Shown here piece by piece: positions 1-13,537 of a DNA stretch of 64,000 nt (positions are counted from its first letter, which is position 1; each line of letters begins with the position of its first letter). A program made the position numbers and the translations under genes. The notes under the pieces are model-generated. The model saw only the letters and a list, made by a program, of their open reading frames with translations. It was not told the origin of the DNA and searched no databases. The stretch lies in the NCBI GenBank assembly GCA_047495785.1, contig JBLDXI010000028.1, positions 806,001 through 870,000 on the forward strand, read 5' to 3'. The DNA is from Lepidodermella squamata (lineage: Eukaryota > Animalia > Gastrotricha).

Positions 1-479
1 CGATCCGCGCCAGAAGATTTAGTCCGGCTTAATGCAAGTCCGCTTTATTGTAAGCCGGACTGGTCCGGTTTATAAAAAAAACAGTGCATTTCTTTACAAA
101 TTATTCAAGAATATAAGCGCTATTAAGTAATGAGCTATTTAGGTGTGTAAAAAGTTCGATTATCGCGATGGAATTAAGGTTTTGCCAATATATCGACAAC
201 TATTTTTCAATACTGCGATCATTTTTTCTATCAAAGCCACTCAAAAACAGCGTGAAGAGGGTGTTTCTGCGCCCTAGATGAAAATTATCCTGTAAGCCGG
301 ACTTTTTTAAGTAAAATTCACTAAAAATAAGTCCGTTATAACGCAAGTCCGGCTTATGACAGTCCGGCTTATTGCAACCATTTGCATGTAAAACGCTAGT
401 CCGCGGCACGAGCCAAGCAAAATGGTCCGGCTAAGCGCAAGTCCGGCTTATGATCGTCCGGCTTAACGCAAAACTACTG
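1..479. mobile_element. Right end of a non-autonomous Tc1/mariner/pogo-like DNA transposon (MITE) with internal (GT)CCGGCTTA repeats
   Basis: About 10 copies of a CCGGCTTA/TAAGCCGG motif in both orientations. The repeat ends ...GCAAAACTACTG|TA (480-481), i.e. a CAGT-type terminus followed by a TA target site. The left end lies outside the window. Confidence 0.55.
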
Positions 480-481
480 TA

Positions 482-1960
482 TGTCATTGATATTGTTTAT
501 GATGTTGGGGCGGGCGAGGCACACTGCTTGCTTTTTTTATCGCAATTGCGACCACATTTGAAGGTGAAGTAGATGAACTGCCCAGGAGGAGCAGACGGGC
601 GTTCGATCGCCAGATTTCGCTGATGGTAGGCGGCGGGTCGGTGCGACGGATGTGGGTAGCGATGTGGTCGAATCGGCGGGGAAGTGATTCCAGTAAAACA
701 AAGCGAAGTTGCCTTTCGTCCGGGTTATCGATAAGCCTCTCTCGCCCTTGGTCTCATTCATCGACTACGTTAGCTGAGTGAAGCGCCGAAGGTGCTCAGT
801 CAGCTCAGAATTGGCAGTCCAGGTATGAAAGGGAACGCTTCAGCAACTGGTTTTCAGTGGCGTTCCACGTGCGATTGAAATGCGCCTTGAGCGCCAGCCA
901 GATCTGACGAGGGTCGCGACTGGCGGCAAATTCCAGGTCCAGTGTCCAGTTGAGGCGAGATGTGCTCGACTATCATACCTGCTGCCTGTTTCATTTGAAA
1001 TTTTTTCGAAGACTTCCCCCATCAACGACTCCTGGCGTAGCTGCAGATTTGAGGTGATTGAGATTTGAGATTTGAGAGATTTGAGGTGATTGGTGGACAC
1101 CTGTTCCATATTTGCAATAACTTGAACAAGGCTTTTGGTGTTGTTAACACCCTCCGCTTGAAGTAGATTGAAGATGAAAACATCAAAGCAAAACATTTCG
1201 TCAGCAACTAACCGTCAGATTGGGACAAATAGGAAGATGTGTAATAGGTACCCGGTTGCATGTCTATAACTTCACTGGCATCTGGTAGATCGAAAACGGC
1301 AGAAATGCTCAAGATTTATCTTATTATCGTTGCTCTATCGCCGACATCTAACAATGGAGTAGCTGCGGATGAAATAACTCGTAAAAAGCGAGGGCATCGC
1401 AGAATGTACCTGTTTTATCAGTTTTTGACATGGTCCGCAAAAATAACACCTGCCGACGTTGCTTAGGCATTCACGAACAGTTTTGCTAGTTGTTTCAGAG
1501 TTCCGACCGCATAATGAATGCTGCTATTGGTCAATTCCACTCAAAGAGATGTTGTCGGCTGGGGTCCTTTCAATTAGAAACAGTTGGAACCAATTAGTCC
1601 AGGGAGTATCGGTGACAGAATTTAGTAGTGCTTCAAAATGTGTGGGCCATTCAGACTGATGCTTCTTTCTGGCGAGTTCCGAGATCCGAGGAACCCGGAA
1701 CTAATTCCTGTTCCTTAATATGGCCGCAACGAATAGCATTATGCCTAACGATAACAGCCCTTCGACCTTCTACATGTTTAATCGCGAAAGAAAAGTAAGC
1801 ATTGCAGCCCCATTGAAGCCGAGGCACCTTTGAAGTTACGTCGTTGTCGTGACAGCAACAGCTAATCAGTTTCCAATAAAATCGCAAACAATTAGTTCGA
1901 TAATTATTCTGGGTCAATGTTACAACTTTCTGCGGGGCTGATAGCAGGGCAAGCATTCAT
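482..1960 (-). pseudogene. Decayed coding-like sequence, possibly the env-like part of an LTR retroelement
   Basis: Broken minus-strand frames give a Cys-rich segment (ECLSNVGRCYFCGPC), a heptad-like segment (LKSQISITSNLQLRQESLMGEVFEKISNE) and a frameshifted hydrophobic TM-like stretch with a tail (LLLLG/FIYFTFKCGRNCDKK). There are multiple stops. Confidence 0.25.
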
Positions 1961-2083
1961 ATTTAATATTTATATTAAGCCAAAATAATTGGAAGGAGCG
2001 TTTTATCTTCGCTTGATCGAATCATCAATTGAGCGTTTTAGCTTACCAACGTGTTTTGATTTTGTTTTATTCCCTGCTTTTAG

Positions 2084-5000
2084 GTAACAACGGCATGGCG
2101 AATCCGTACGAGCCGTGTTCGGCCTGTGGCGATCGCTGCGAGCCCTCGACGTGCAAATGCCACTTGTCGGGCAATTTCTGCGAGAAATTCTGCCAGTGCC
2201 AGCCTGACCTGTGCCGATATCGGTTTCCCGGCTGCCGCTGCGAGCAGTGTACAACAACGCGCTGCCCATGCCTGGCTGCCAACCGCGAGTGCGACCCGGA
2301 CGTGTGCCGGCCGTGCCAGTCGTCGTTCGTGCAAAACAACGCCTCGCCTGATCTCGATGTGAAAGCTTTTCTAGGTAAATGATTAGTTCGACGAATAATT
2401 CGATTGACACTCAGGTTTATGTTCAAAGGGGAATTTAGAATTCCAGCACTAAATTTGAGACTCTAGCACTAGATTACCCCTAAATATGGTTTTTCGACTT
2501 CAGCCTGCAAAGCCGATATCGATTTTAAGTATCGATTTTACAAATCAGTGATTTTCCCGATACCAGCCGTCGTGGAACCCAACATCGATAATCTTTCTAC
2601 GGACTTGAGGGCTAACATTAAAATCCTAGGATCAGGGAGGGCATCAGAATCGATCAAAAACGAAAACGCCGAAATCTCAAAGATTCTGAAATATTTAGTG
2701 CTGGAACCTCATTTTTAGCGGTGGACATATTTGGGCCCGTTTCAAAGTAATGAATCTTTTTCCAATAATTTTAAGAATTTTGCCAATTTTGAGATTGGAT
2801 TGCGAATATTAATTTTAATTTTAATTTTAATTTTTTTAATTCGATTCCTTGAAAAAATCAATTTTTATTTTTAAATTCAATTGATTTTTGTTAGCCGAGC
2901 CTTCGTGTCGCAACGTGTCAATCCAGCGGTGCCAGCGCAAACGGCTGTTGATCGCGCCGTCGGACATTGCCGGCTGGGGTTGTTTCGTGAAGGACGCATG
3001 CGAACGCAACGAGTTCATATCCGAGTACGTCGGCGAGTTGATCACGCAGGAGGAGGCGGAGCGGCGCGGGCGCGTCTACGACCGCATCGGCTCGTCGTTT
3101 CTGTTCAACCTCAACTCGGAGTACGCGGTCGATGCGATGCGCAAAGGCAACAAGATTCGATTCGCGAACCACAGCCGCCAGCCGAATTGTTTCGCCCGCG
3201 TTATGCTAGTCAATGGGGATCATCGAATCGGTAAGTACATATTGGGTTTGAAAAAAAATTAGAAAAGCTATATCCGGAGTCTGACAAGTCATTCCTCTAC
3301 GGCGAAATCACACGGCCAAAAGCTTATGATTTTGTGCTGAAGTTCAACATCAACAGATGTTACTTATTTGTGCATGTCATTGAGCAATTCTTCCACTAGA
3401 CAAATGAGATATCTCATAGGCGAGCTTTGAACCAATTTTTTTTGATGGCCCACAGTTACTACAAGCTTCAGTCGCACCAGGCGAAGCCGAGCTGCGAGTG
3501 CACTTCGACGTGGATGGGTCAGATTTATAATGAGCTTCAGTCGCAGTCGATGTGTAAACCATTTCACACCATTTCAAACATTAATTTAAATTATTCAAAC
3601 AAAATTGAATTGGTCATTTTTTGGCTCGCCTACGACTTCCACCTCATCTTAAACATCAGCATTAGCAGCAACATCAGTGTCGACGCTGGCTGCACGGTCA
3701 ATTAGTTGTCTGATGCTATGCTTTTGGGGGCTTTTATTAATGGTAGGGGAATAGAATACAGGGAATTGAGCCAATCAACAGGTGGCTTCGCCACTGTTTT
3801 AATTGTTCATAATAATTGTCCACTGAAAAGTTGACGTGGGAGGATCGTACTCCGATTGGCTCCGTAGTTTTGCCCAGGCAGTCTATTCGCATTGCCTTGC
3901 AAATCAAAGCTTTTATAGTTGGTTGGTTAGTTTTATTTTTGCTCCGAACAGGATACAGGTTTTTAGGTATCCGCATCATAGAGTTTTTAATGTTATTTTT
4001 AAAGATAAGTCTGTCACTGATATCGATAATATTTGCAGGCAATTTGTTCCAGTTACTGAAAAAGCCAATTCAGGCGAGCCTACAAATATATGTTGACAGG
4101 GTTTCTGTACGAAACACGTTATACTTGAAAAAAACATCTGCTGTCACTGTGTAAAAGATGGACCAAGGTGCTGCTTGAATAGACGCAGGAAGCTCGTTAA
4201 CTTGCTTGCGACAGTCAACTCAACCTCGTCATATTACATCAATTTCTATGCCATGCAATGCCCCGTCGCAAATGCTCTCAAAGCCTCTCTGTTCGATCAT
4301 GACAGAGCCAGTTGTTATTTAATTGAGGATTCATGTTTAGTCGAACAAAAGATGGCTCTAGTCGAACCGATTTGATCCCATTTGATACCTTCTGTCAGGA
4401 TGGGGCGTAATTTGCCAAAAAGCATCCTTCAGATCAGTCTTAACGAAGAAACTAGAGCCTTGTAGTCTTTCTATCACACTATCCCACGAAAGAGGCAAAC
4501 AAAATTCGGGAACAGTTCTAGATTTAGAGGTCTAGAGTCAATCGTAAGACGAGTCTTGTCCGTGTCCCTTATTGCTCACAATAACTGAAGCAGAGAATCT
4601 GAATGGAATCTGAAACTTCTACGCACTTCTCCTTTAATAAACGATCGATGTGAAGCCTAAACTGATTTCTTCTGTAAGGACCTAGGTGGCGATTAGGAGT
4701 AACTACGCTTATCAGGATTCCTGAGACGAATCCTGTGATAAAAATTGGGGTCTGTTACACAGCCAAGAGAGCTAGAGAAAACATGTTCGTATTTTCGAAG
4801 AATAGAGTGAAGGTTAGATCTCAAAGCCACAACTGTAGAGCTTGGATTCAGCAGCTCGACTGGTTGGGAAGGATTTCATAGTGATTGGGCCGTGGCACAG
4901 AATAAAGGTCATGAAATGCTGGGCGTTCCACTTCAACAAATTGTTATTCTGTTCAATGTAGCAACTTTGAGCTACTGAACTCACACTGAAGACAGAACTA

Positions 5001-5524
5001 TTCAGAAATATTCACATTCCGATATCAAGTTATACAGCATCCGCTTAAATTGGGCAATCGTAAAACTACGAAAAATTTTAATGTTTTTTTTACATTCGGA
5101 TATTTCTCGTTATTGCGAAAATCAATAATGTGTGATAATTTTCTCTATTCCCGTTTAGGAATTTACGCAAAACGCTCGATTGCTGCCGGCGAAGAGCTGT
5201 TCTTCGACTACTACTACAATCGAGAACAGGTTAGATTTGTATCCTAAATTCTTAGCTAGTTTTCAATGCACTTTGATTTTTGACTCATCAATTTTTCCGA
5301 TGACTCGGATAAGATTTTATGAGGCCTTGGCTCAAAAGATCAACTATTTTATCATCATTCATTTTCCGAATAATTTTCGTGAGAATTTTCGTTTTATTCT
5401 ATTCGTTTTGTATTCATCTCAACTGATTTTTTCTGTCTAGCTGAAATTTGTCAGCGTCGAACGGTCGATCGCTGCCTCGTCTTCGATTGCGCTGAACCCA
5501 ACGCCCAGTACTACGGCTACATGA
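2084..5524 (+). CDS. E(z): Enhancer of zeste / EZH1/2-family H3K27 methyltransferase, 3' exons (CXC + SET); the 5' part was not found in the window
   Basis: Exons 2084-2374, 2895-3230, 5159-5229 and 5441-5524 have phase-consistent AG/GT boundaries. Motifs: [12 protein letters not shown]...RFPGCRC...RECDPDVC; SET GWGCF...[11 protein letters not shown]...SFLFNLN...[15 protein letters not shown]...[22 protein letters not shown]; terminal LKFVSVER. Confidence 0.95.
2441..2706. repeat. Short inverted-repeat element (MITE-like) in an E(z) intron
   Basis: TTCCAGCACTAAAT at 2441 and its reverse complement ATTTAGTGCTGGAA ending at 2706. Confidence 0.4.
3350..5040 (-). mobile_element. Degenerate Ty3/Gypsy LTR-retrotransposon pol remnant in an E(z) intron
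   Basis: Frameshifted minus-strand translations: [30 protein letters not shown] (pre-RT), [11 protein letters not shown] and [28 protein letters not shown] (RT motifs, ~4390-4570), [13 protein letters not shown] (integrase-like) and [21 protein letters not shown] (GPY/F-like, ~3390-3450). Confidence 0.75.
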
Positions 5525-6280
5525 CCGGCTATCGGGTCTGCTTAGAAGAACGCTCAAAAAAACTCCGCTTTTTATACTTGATTATTCCGCTTTCTTATAT
5601 ATCAGTAACCTTCCGTTTTCTCACAGCCTGCTTTTTAAATTGATTTGATCTTTCAACGTCGTTTTCTGCTGTTCGGTTGGTTTTTTTGTAAATAATTCTT
5701 TGATCTTTGGTAATAGCAGCAAATTGTTTGTTGGCTGTGATTATGAACAATAAAAATTGAGGTTTTTTATCGTCAATTTTTGTCATTTTCAAGCTGAAGT
5801 AGCAACAGCAAATTTCATTTCATAATTGCCGCACGGTTGGATGGAAATATCGGATAGTCTGACCTCATGTAGGTAAATCACAATCATTAAAAACATGAAG
5901 GAAGGTCCGCAGTGTTAAGCAACGTTTTTTCGGTTTTTGAGTTTTAGTTCGGGCGATGAAAAAGCCCTGTTGGAGATCAGACTCGAAGATGAATAATAAT
6001 TCCGAGGTACTGAAGCTGAAAGAATCGATCAGCATTAATCACCAGCCGGCTAACTATCGAAGGTATAAATATTCGGAATAGAAGGTTCTCTCCAAATCTT
6101 GGACCCGATCATATAAACTCGCAGAAAAAATTGGTAGTTTGACTGAAATAAAAAAATCCTCCTTAATTATTTCATAATAAGAGCAAAAGATGATTTTTCA
6201 AAATTCTGTTTCCACTATTTTTACACCACGTATTTATATTTATTTTCGACAAAAATCATCAGGTGAGTGTATTATTATCA

Positions 6281-6783
6281 GTAATACCGTCCCGCAGTCG
6301 CAGATTTCTAGCTTTATCAGTTTCATAGACTGCCTCCGTCAACAACAGAATCCCGTGATTGGCAAACGCCTGAATGCAATGAAGTTCGAAGTCTCTGCTG
6401 AATCTCTGAAATCATTTCGCACTTTATCAAACCGAGCGGGTTACGATCTCATACAATCGTGGTGCTACCCATATCCAATTTTGAGAAATGGCCCAAACAG
6501 GCTGCGTGTGTTGTGGAGGGCGATCAAAGTTCACAAGGATGTAAAGAATCGAAGAAAGGACGCGTTAACGCAAATCTTTGACATCGAAATCGATTTGGAC
6601 CTCGAAAAACTGCATTCCTCGCAAATGATTGCTACGATGAAAATGGAGTCGCAATCAGATTTTCTGGATTCAGCCTCGGCTAAGCCAGCTCATGAAGTCA
6701 GCACTCCGCCTCAGCCAATCAATTCAAGAATCGCTCAAATCGCGGCTGATGAAGGGAAACAGCTCACTAACGGCAATAATTGA
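6281..6783 (+). CDS. Hypothetical protein exon of unknown function (possible upstream exons at 5841-5868 and 5948-6062)
   Basis: About 165 open codons with coding-like composition after an AG near 6280, in AT-rich context. No motif recognised. Confidence 0.35.
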
Positions 6784-7888
6784 CTCACACTTTCTATTTC
6801 AATTGGTACCTACATGATCAATACCATTCATTTCAAAACGCTAAAATGACGCAGAGATGGCCGAAGTATTTCCTTTAGGTTTTATCGAATTGGTGAATAA
6901 ACAAGTTTTCAGTGCAAATTTTTGGAATTTTTAGCCCAATTCTTTAAATTGCTAACAGGTGAAGCTGGGGTTCTATGACTTCGCTGATGAACCTAACAAC
7001 ATTTTTATGCGGTTATGATCGAACCCGGATCAATCAGTATCAAGTCGAAGATTAATCCCTCCAGATTCTTCACCTCAAAGGCTTCGTTTCTCAGGGTTGA
7101 AATCCATGCCGATGAAGCCGGAAATTTTCTACTTTCAACTCGAAATTATTTATGCTGCTTCAGCTAGAAAACTTGAGATGAGTCAAAGCGAGAAAAGACG
7201 AAAATTACGACAAAACCTATCGTTTATTACAACTGAAATTGCCTCGGCACTTGGCTGGCTGCGTTTCTTTTCCGCCCTTCAATTCGTCACAAATTTACAG
7301 CAACAGAGAAAACACATTCTTTTCAAAGAATAGTAATAATAATAAGAATGATATTGACGATATCATATATTTATAATATATAAGTAAGTATAATCAATCA
7401 ATAATTGTGGAATATATTGTTTTATCGCAATCGAACGGAAAGCAGGCGAAAAATTGTCGAGACAACAATTCCTTACGATTTTTTCGTCGTATCTTGGACA
7501 GACGCATTTTCATTCATTTTCATCTAAAATTTTGCAGCAAAGTGAAGAGAAAAACAGCTGGTTTTAGTATAGCAATTAATCGACTAATTTGTTTTTTTTA
7601 TACAAGAAAGAGAGCGAATTTTCACTGTGTTTTTTCATCATTCACCTGAATAGACAAGATACAAACATCAAAATTCACACTGGTTTTGCTTGAATTCAGA
7701 GATATAAAATTCGACAATATTTATTAGACATTTTTTTCACGCGAGAATAATTTACAGACAATTTCTCTCGTATGGTCCGCGGCGGTTGAATTCTTCTCTC
7801 ATGCGAACCAGATTGTTCAATTTTTCCAACGTGATAGCTGTAAAAAAATCGGCTGTTGTTAATTTTTCCCAAGCTACGTTTCTAAGAC

Positions 7889-9752
7889 CTAATGCGCAGC
7901 ACCGTCCGACGGCTGGCCGCCCGCCTGGTGGTGGCTGGCGAGCAGGCGTTCGACGGCCGCGTTCACGTCGCCGAAGGTGGCCGTCAACGCGCGCAGATTC
8001 GCCTCGCGGTTCGGGAATCCCATCGATTCGAGCTGTTCGAGTTGCGACGAGTAGCGCTGCTCCAGATTCGCCTGGTTTTGACCACCTTGTTGTTGAGCAG
8101 TCGACAGCTGAAAATCATAAATGAAATTGATAAAATCAATATTAAATTTAATGAAATTTTGAAATTAAAAAAAAATATCATAGTCGATCAAATTGAAAAA
8201 TAAGGCTAAAAACCCGGAATGCAGCATTCCAAAATATTTACCGTTGAAAATAGACCCATCATCATTTGCGTCAACGGATCGTTCGGACCGCCCTGACCCG
8301 GGGTTCCAGTAGCGGTTCCGGTAGCAGGACTTTGCGGCTGGGTCGACCCAGCCTCACCGCCAGCAGTTGTCGCCGGCAGACCGCCGAAATTCGGAATACC
8401 CCCAGTCAAACCGGCAGTTTCCATGGACGACCAAAACTCAGGCACCTCCTGCTGCAGCGTCCTAATCGCCTCCTGCATCTGCAACATGGCCTGCATAGCC
8501 CTCGGATTGGCCATCAGACGCTGCATAGCCGGGCTGGTGAGTTGCGAGGTCAAGGTCGAGTGATTTTGCCGGATAAAGTTCTGCAATTCAGGCGATTGAC
8601 GCACCATGGGGTTCGACATCAAAATGTTGCGAGACATCTCCGGATTCTGCGACATCATGTGAAACATCGCCTGCATATACGGCGCAGACATCATGTTCTG
8701 CATCAGTTGCGGGTTCACCGAAATTTGCTGCATCAGCGATTGAAGGCCCTGCCCGCCGAATAGGTTGAAATTCGACCCGGGTTGACCTGCCGCCGCTGGT
8801 TGCTGCGTCGAAGTGTTTTGCCCACCCTGAGGCGCCCATGGATTCGGCAACGGGTCACGAACTTCCTGCCCCCGTTGTCCCTCTGACGAGTCATTCTCAC
8901 CCCGAGCCGCACCCTGGTTAGCTAGAGCTGCGAAAGGATTCGGCGCAATACTTTCCTGGGTCGCGTTCAACATCGGCTCTTGAACGTCCCGGTACAATCT
9001 TTGAAGCGCGCTGAAACCACCAGGTAGCGATTCAATATTACTCAGCGCTCGGTCGTGATTTCTCAGCAGTTCTTGGAATGCAGCCGGGTTTCGGGCCAAC
9101 TCCATGGTTTGCCGCATGACGTCCGGGTTATTCAAAATGTGCGATAATTCCGGGTTTCGCTGCATCAACTCTTGAATCTGTGGGTTTTGCAACATAAATT
9201 GCTGCATAATTTCCGGATTTCCCATCAAATTTTGCACGAAAGGATTGTCCATGACCTGACGCAGCATTTCTGGATTGTTCATGATTTCTCGTTGCATATT
9301 TTGCTGCATTTCCATGAAGTTTTGAGATCCCATTCCCATGTTACCCAGACCCTGAAGTCCGCCAAACGAGCCGAGGCCAAAGGGTTGGGCTGAAGCAGGA
9401 GGTCGTTCTTGAGCAGGCCGGGTAGACGAGGCCGCCCGAGCTGTATCTTGTTCAACGCTTCGATTCGCTTGTTTGATAACGAGATGAACTGAGAAGCCGT
9501 CTTTAATACCCTGGCTTTCGAGAGTATCCTCATCTTTCAGAATTTTACCAGCGAAGATAAGACAGATCTGCTCGACGGGAGTATCGTTAAATTCTTTGCT
9601 GACTTTATCGCGAAGCTGAAATTATCAAGAAATAAATTAACCACATTTTCTTTCATATGAAAACGTACCTCTTTCACCGTTCCGCCAGCGCGGATTTTCA
9701 CATCTTTCTTTTCTTTGGGAGTTTTAATTAAAACAGTGATTTCACCAGACAT
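7889..9752 (-). CDS. UBQLN: Ubiquilin (UBL - STI1 repeats - UBA), ~558 aa
   Basis: Exons 9752-9669, 9615-8242 and 8107-7889, all phase 0. UBL: IKTPKEK...[14 protein letters not shown]...[15 protein letters not shown]1: [53 protein letters not shown]: [35 protein letters not shown]. Confidence 0.96.
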
Positions 9753-12700
9753 TTTTGAAAATATTCCTAACGAAAAAAACGTTACACTCTAGACGCAAGT
9801 CATAATGTATCTGATATCCGATGGTAACCAAAAGTTGACTTAGACGAAATAGAAGCTGCCATAAAATATAGTATATAGTAATCCGCGCTTTCTAACCGAA
9901 GGCGTAATGCAAATTCAACCGGAAAAGATACCCAAGGGAAAAGGGTTCCAATATTAGGGAAGCACAGCCACTTCTTGCTAGATCAAAGTTCGGAGAAAAG
10001 TGTTTTATTCAATTGAATCCCCTCAATTCAATTCTATTGATTAAATACAGAATGCAGACTACACGGGTCTCAAAACCAGCAACCAGCAAATAGGGATTTC
10101 TGGAAAATTCTAGAAAATACCTGTTAATTGAGACGCATAAAAAATAAAAACTTGTCACAAGTCACAAGTAACAGAATATAACAGAAAGCCTACGTCAATG
10201 AATCAGGATTTAGAGTGGGAAAGAAAAGATAGCCGACAGCGAAAAGCATAGTACGGCCAGATTGAAAGATTGCGACTTGTGACACGTCATACGTCAGGGA
10301 ATTCCAAGCCAAACAACTTATTTCCAACTAACATTTTCCGCACAAAAACTACATCTCTCAATCCGATAAAATTTGAATAATTCAATTCATTTCGATGGAC
10401 ATTAACTCGAAATTTTGTTAACACTAATAATAATGACTTTTTATTAAAAATCGAATGCCGCAGAAAAAAATTGGCAAAATAATTTATTGTTCATGCATAG
10501 AGGGTAAGAAGGTTTTTGAGTACACAAACAGCGGCATTTTTAGTTAGTTGTTTCCGATGGGCTTCCAAAATTCCAAAAATCGTACGTCCATCGTCCATCA
10601 ACCTTCAACCTCTGCGGTGAGCGGTGATTGATGATTGATGACTGGTCCCCCGTCTCCTGAGATTAGTCAAGTGCATCGAATGAATGATTTTCTAGGCTGA
10701 ACGACTGTCTCCCGCAGTTAATGAGTAAAATGGGGTGTTTTCAGCAGCAATCCAAGTACTTATTTATAGGATATCATTGAAATTATTGTTAGCATCCATG
10801 CTAGCGGGTGCGATGCCATGTATTTTGGCTCACTGAGAAATATGAGATTGGAAAGTAACGCATAATTTGTAGTAACTTTAAATACAATCAGAAAATTGCA
10901 TCTGGGTCAATTCCTCTATTTCTTTTATTTATTGCTTTATCAAGAAACAAGAAATTTCCTGAAGTGTAGAAAGCAAGATATTTATCCAGAAGGCGACTCT
11001 CGATTCCAGATTCCAGGATATATACTGAATTTGAAAACGAGGGGTGTCGATTTGTTAATCAAATCTTGGTAGAAATAACACACACAAGTTCAGTTTTTGG
11101 TCGAATCAAGGCGTGTTTTGGGGCGTTTAAATGAACTTCTGTGCGATTTTTATTACCTGGCATGCCAGTACTAGCTAATGCCTTCGTAACTCATGAGCAA
11201 TCTAAATCGGCTCGATGTTATTTATTGATAAATGAGATAGACCCGAGGCTCACTGCTCAGCACGAAAAGTCGTTCTCGGCATTTCTCTCATGCGCAAGAC
11301 GCAAGGGTTTTATGCCTTGGCGCGTTTTTCTGGCAAATGGAGTGGTTGGCTCATCAAAACAAGATTTCTGTAATGCTTTTCTATTGCTAATAAATTTTCT
11401 CGCTCCTTAATTTCTTTCAGGCGTCAATTGTTCAAATTCTTAGTGGGGACCAATTAGACTAAGCTGTAAGCCAGTGATTGATGAACGCGTGATTTTCAAA
11501 CAGTTCCGATCAAAAATGAAATGATTTTTCTTAGCCTCGCAAACTTGAGACCAAACCATTGTTACCTTTCTAATGTTGTTATAATCACACCCAGAACTTA
11601 TAGTTTTAGGAAATACTTAACATATTTTGTTAATTTCCGTCATAGTCTTCCGCAGAGCATTGGAAATATTTCAACTGAAAGAGCATCCTTCCTAGCCGTC
11701 ATTACATTTGCTCACCGTAATGTCAGTTAATCAGAAATCACCAAAATCACTCTCTGTATTTTAACCCATAGCGACGTAGGTCACCCTCCATCCGTTTTTG
11801 AATTCATGGTTCCAATGGAAATTACGAAATATACTCTATTTAATGTGAAATCGTCGCTGTTTCAATGTCAACAGTTATCAACATCTGCGGGTTCGCACGC
11901 TCAGAGTAATTGCCTTATCATTTCTGCCCATTTAGCTGTATTGTGTATGCTTGAGTAGACAATCCTTTTATTACACCTTCGCAACGTTAGAATAATTTAT
12001 TTCTGCGCACATGAGCAATGCGATCTTTATTTCAGCAGTGGAATGAATCTCGGAGCGAGAAATATAAACAGCAGTATTTTTCTAACAAATTTGCGCACAA
12101 TCCGCTCAATTTTCCGTTTTATTGTGCTATTGATTTTTAGCCATGTGCCGAGACTTGGCCTCTGCGCACACACAGGCGCACACTAATAATCGCAATGCGT
12201 ATGTGACACATTGAAAGTATTTTTTTCCGTCTCACAATGGCCACATTTAGCTATCGCCTGGTATACATTACTTCTTGTATATGAATATTAGGAGCACTTC
12301 GATATTGATGAATTAGACAGAAAAAAGCTGCTCGTAGTTATTTGCAGCGCGTGTGTTGACTTCCCGTTAGCGGCGACTAGAAACGATCGACTTTATTTCA
12401 GAAAACAGAGTAGCGCGCGATGTAAGCTGGCGTTGTCGGCTGCTCTAAATACTAAGTTTGTTTATTTAGCTTTTTACGGTGTCATATTTCTCACGTCATA
12501 AAACAAATTTACGAGTCATTAATGCTTACACATTACCCGGCAAAAAATTTAGCTGGTTAATTTTTTCTACATAGCCATAAATTAATCCGACTTAAATTCT
12601 TGTCATTTCTGCACTGCTTTTCACGTGCGATCATTTTAACTTGAGTGAAGCTTGAATATGTTTATTGCATTAAAGAATTAGAATGGATTTGCTGGCTCTA

Positions 12701-13537
12701 ATCCTGGCTCTTGAAACGTTGAAAAGGTCAAGTACTATTCATTCATAATTTATTTTGCTAGAAATTTATTATTCGATTTGATTTTCTTCCCGTCGGAATT
12801 ATATATTTTAGGACAATCTTGTTGATGACGCTCTTCTTTTCGAATAAGGTCACAACAAATCAACTATAGATGAACCTGTTATAAGCATTTTGATCTCGAT
12901 TTTTCGGACAAGAACGATAATGAAAAGTCTTAATAGGGAACTCGGGAATTGAAAAAATAAGATTGATCCTTGCAAAATTGCAAGTAGCTCATTTTTGCAG
13001 AATTTTTCTTAGCGAAACCATATTTCATAACTCGGGACCAAACTGAAAATGGCCTGTATTCGAAAATTCTTTCCCAAAAATTGAAGATTGCGATAATTTG
13101 ACCAGGACGAGCATTCAAAGTGATGACTATGAATAACTCACGCAGAATTTCAACGTGGTAATTTTAAGGCGTAATTTATTTAAATTGCATGTAAATTCGA
13201 TAATTATTGTCTTAAAATGGTCTTAAAAGTTACTTACGATTTCGAGCTGATTTTGAGCTCATGAAATGTTAGAATTTGGTAACGCTGCGAGAAAAATTGG
13301 TCCGAGTTTTCAGAAAAATCCAACTATTTTAGATTATTATGTTTGATTTTCACCAATAATTGGAAAATTTATTTAATCTTTAATCTGCTTTAATCTTGGA
13401 TTCTGGCGAATTCTCTTAGATTAGAAGTTTCTAACCCTAGCACGTGATATTTTTCAAAAACTGTTTATTCTTTCATTTTATAGTTATTTATTTCTGTATT
13501 TACCTGACTCAAATTTCGGCGAATTTCGCGCAACTAA

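Noticed and set aside
3737-4375. ORFs in the E(z) intron as a nested gene
   Set aside because: Better explained as decayed Gypsy pol sequence on the minus strand.
8266-8763. 165-aa plus-strand ORF and similar shadow ORFs opposite ubiquilin, MADD, E(z) and the mosaic gene
   Set aside because: These are antisense or alternate frames of GC-rich coding exons, with no independent motifs or splice signals.
9760-13530. Divergent promoter or 5'UTR exons between ubiquilin and MADD
   Set aside because: Plausible from gene orientation, but no specific element or exon can be supported from sequence alone.
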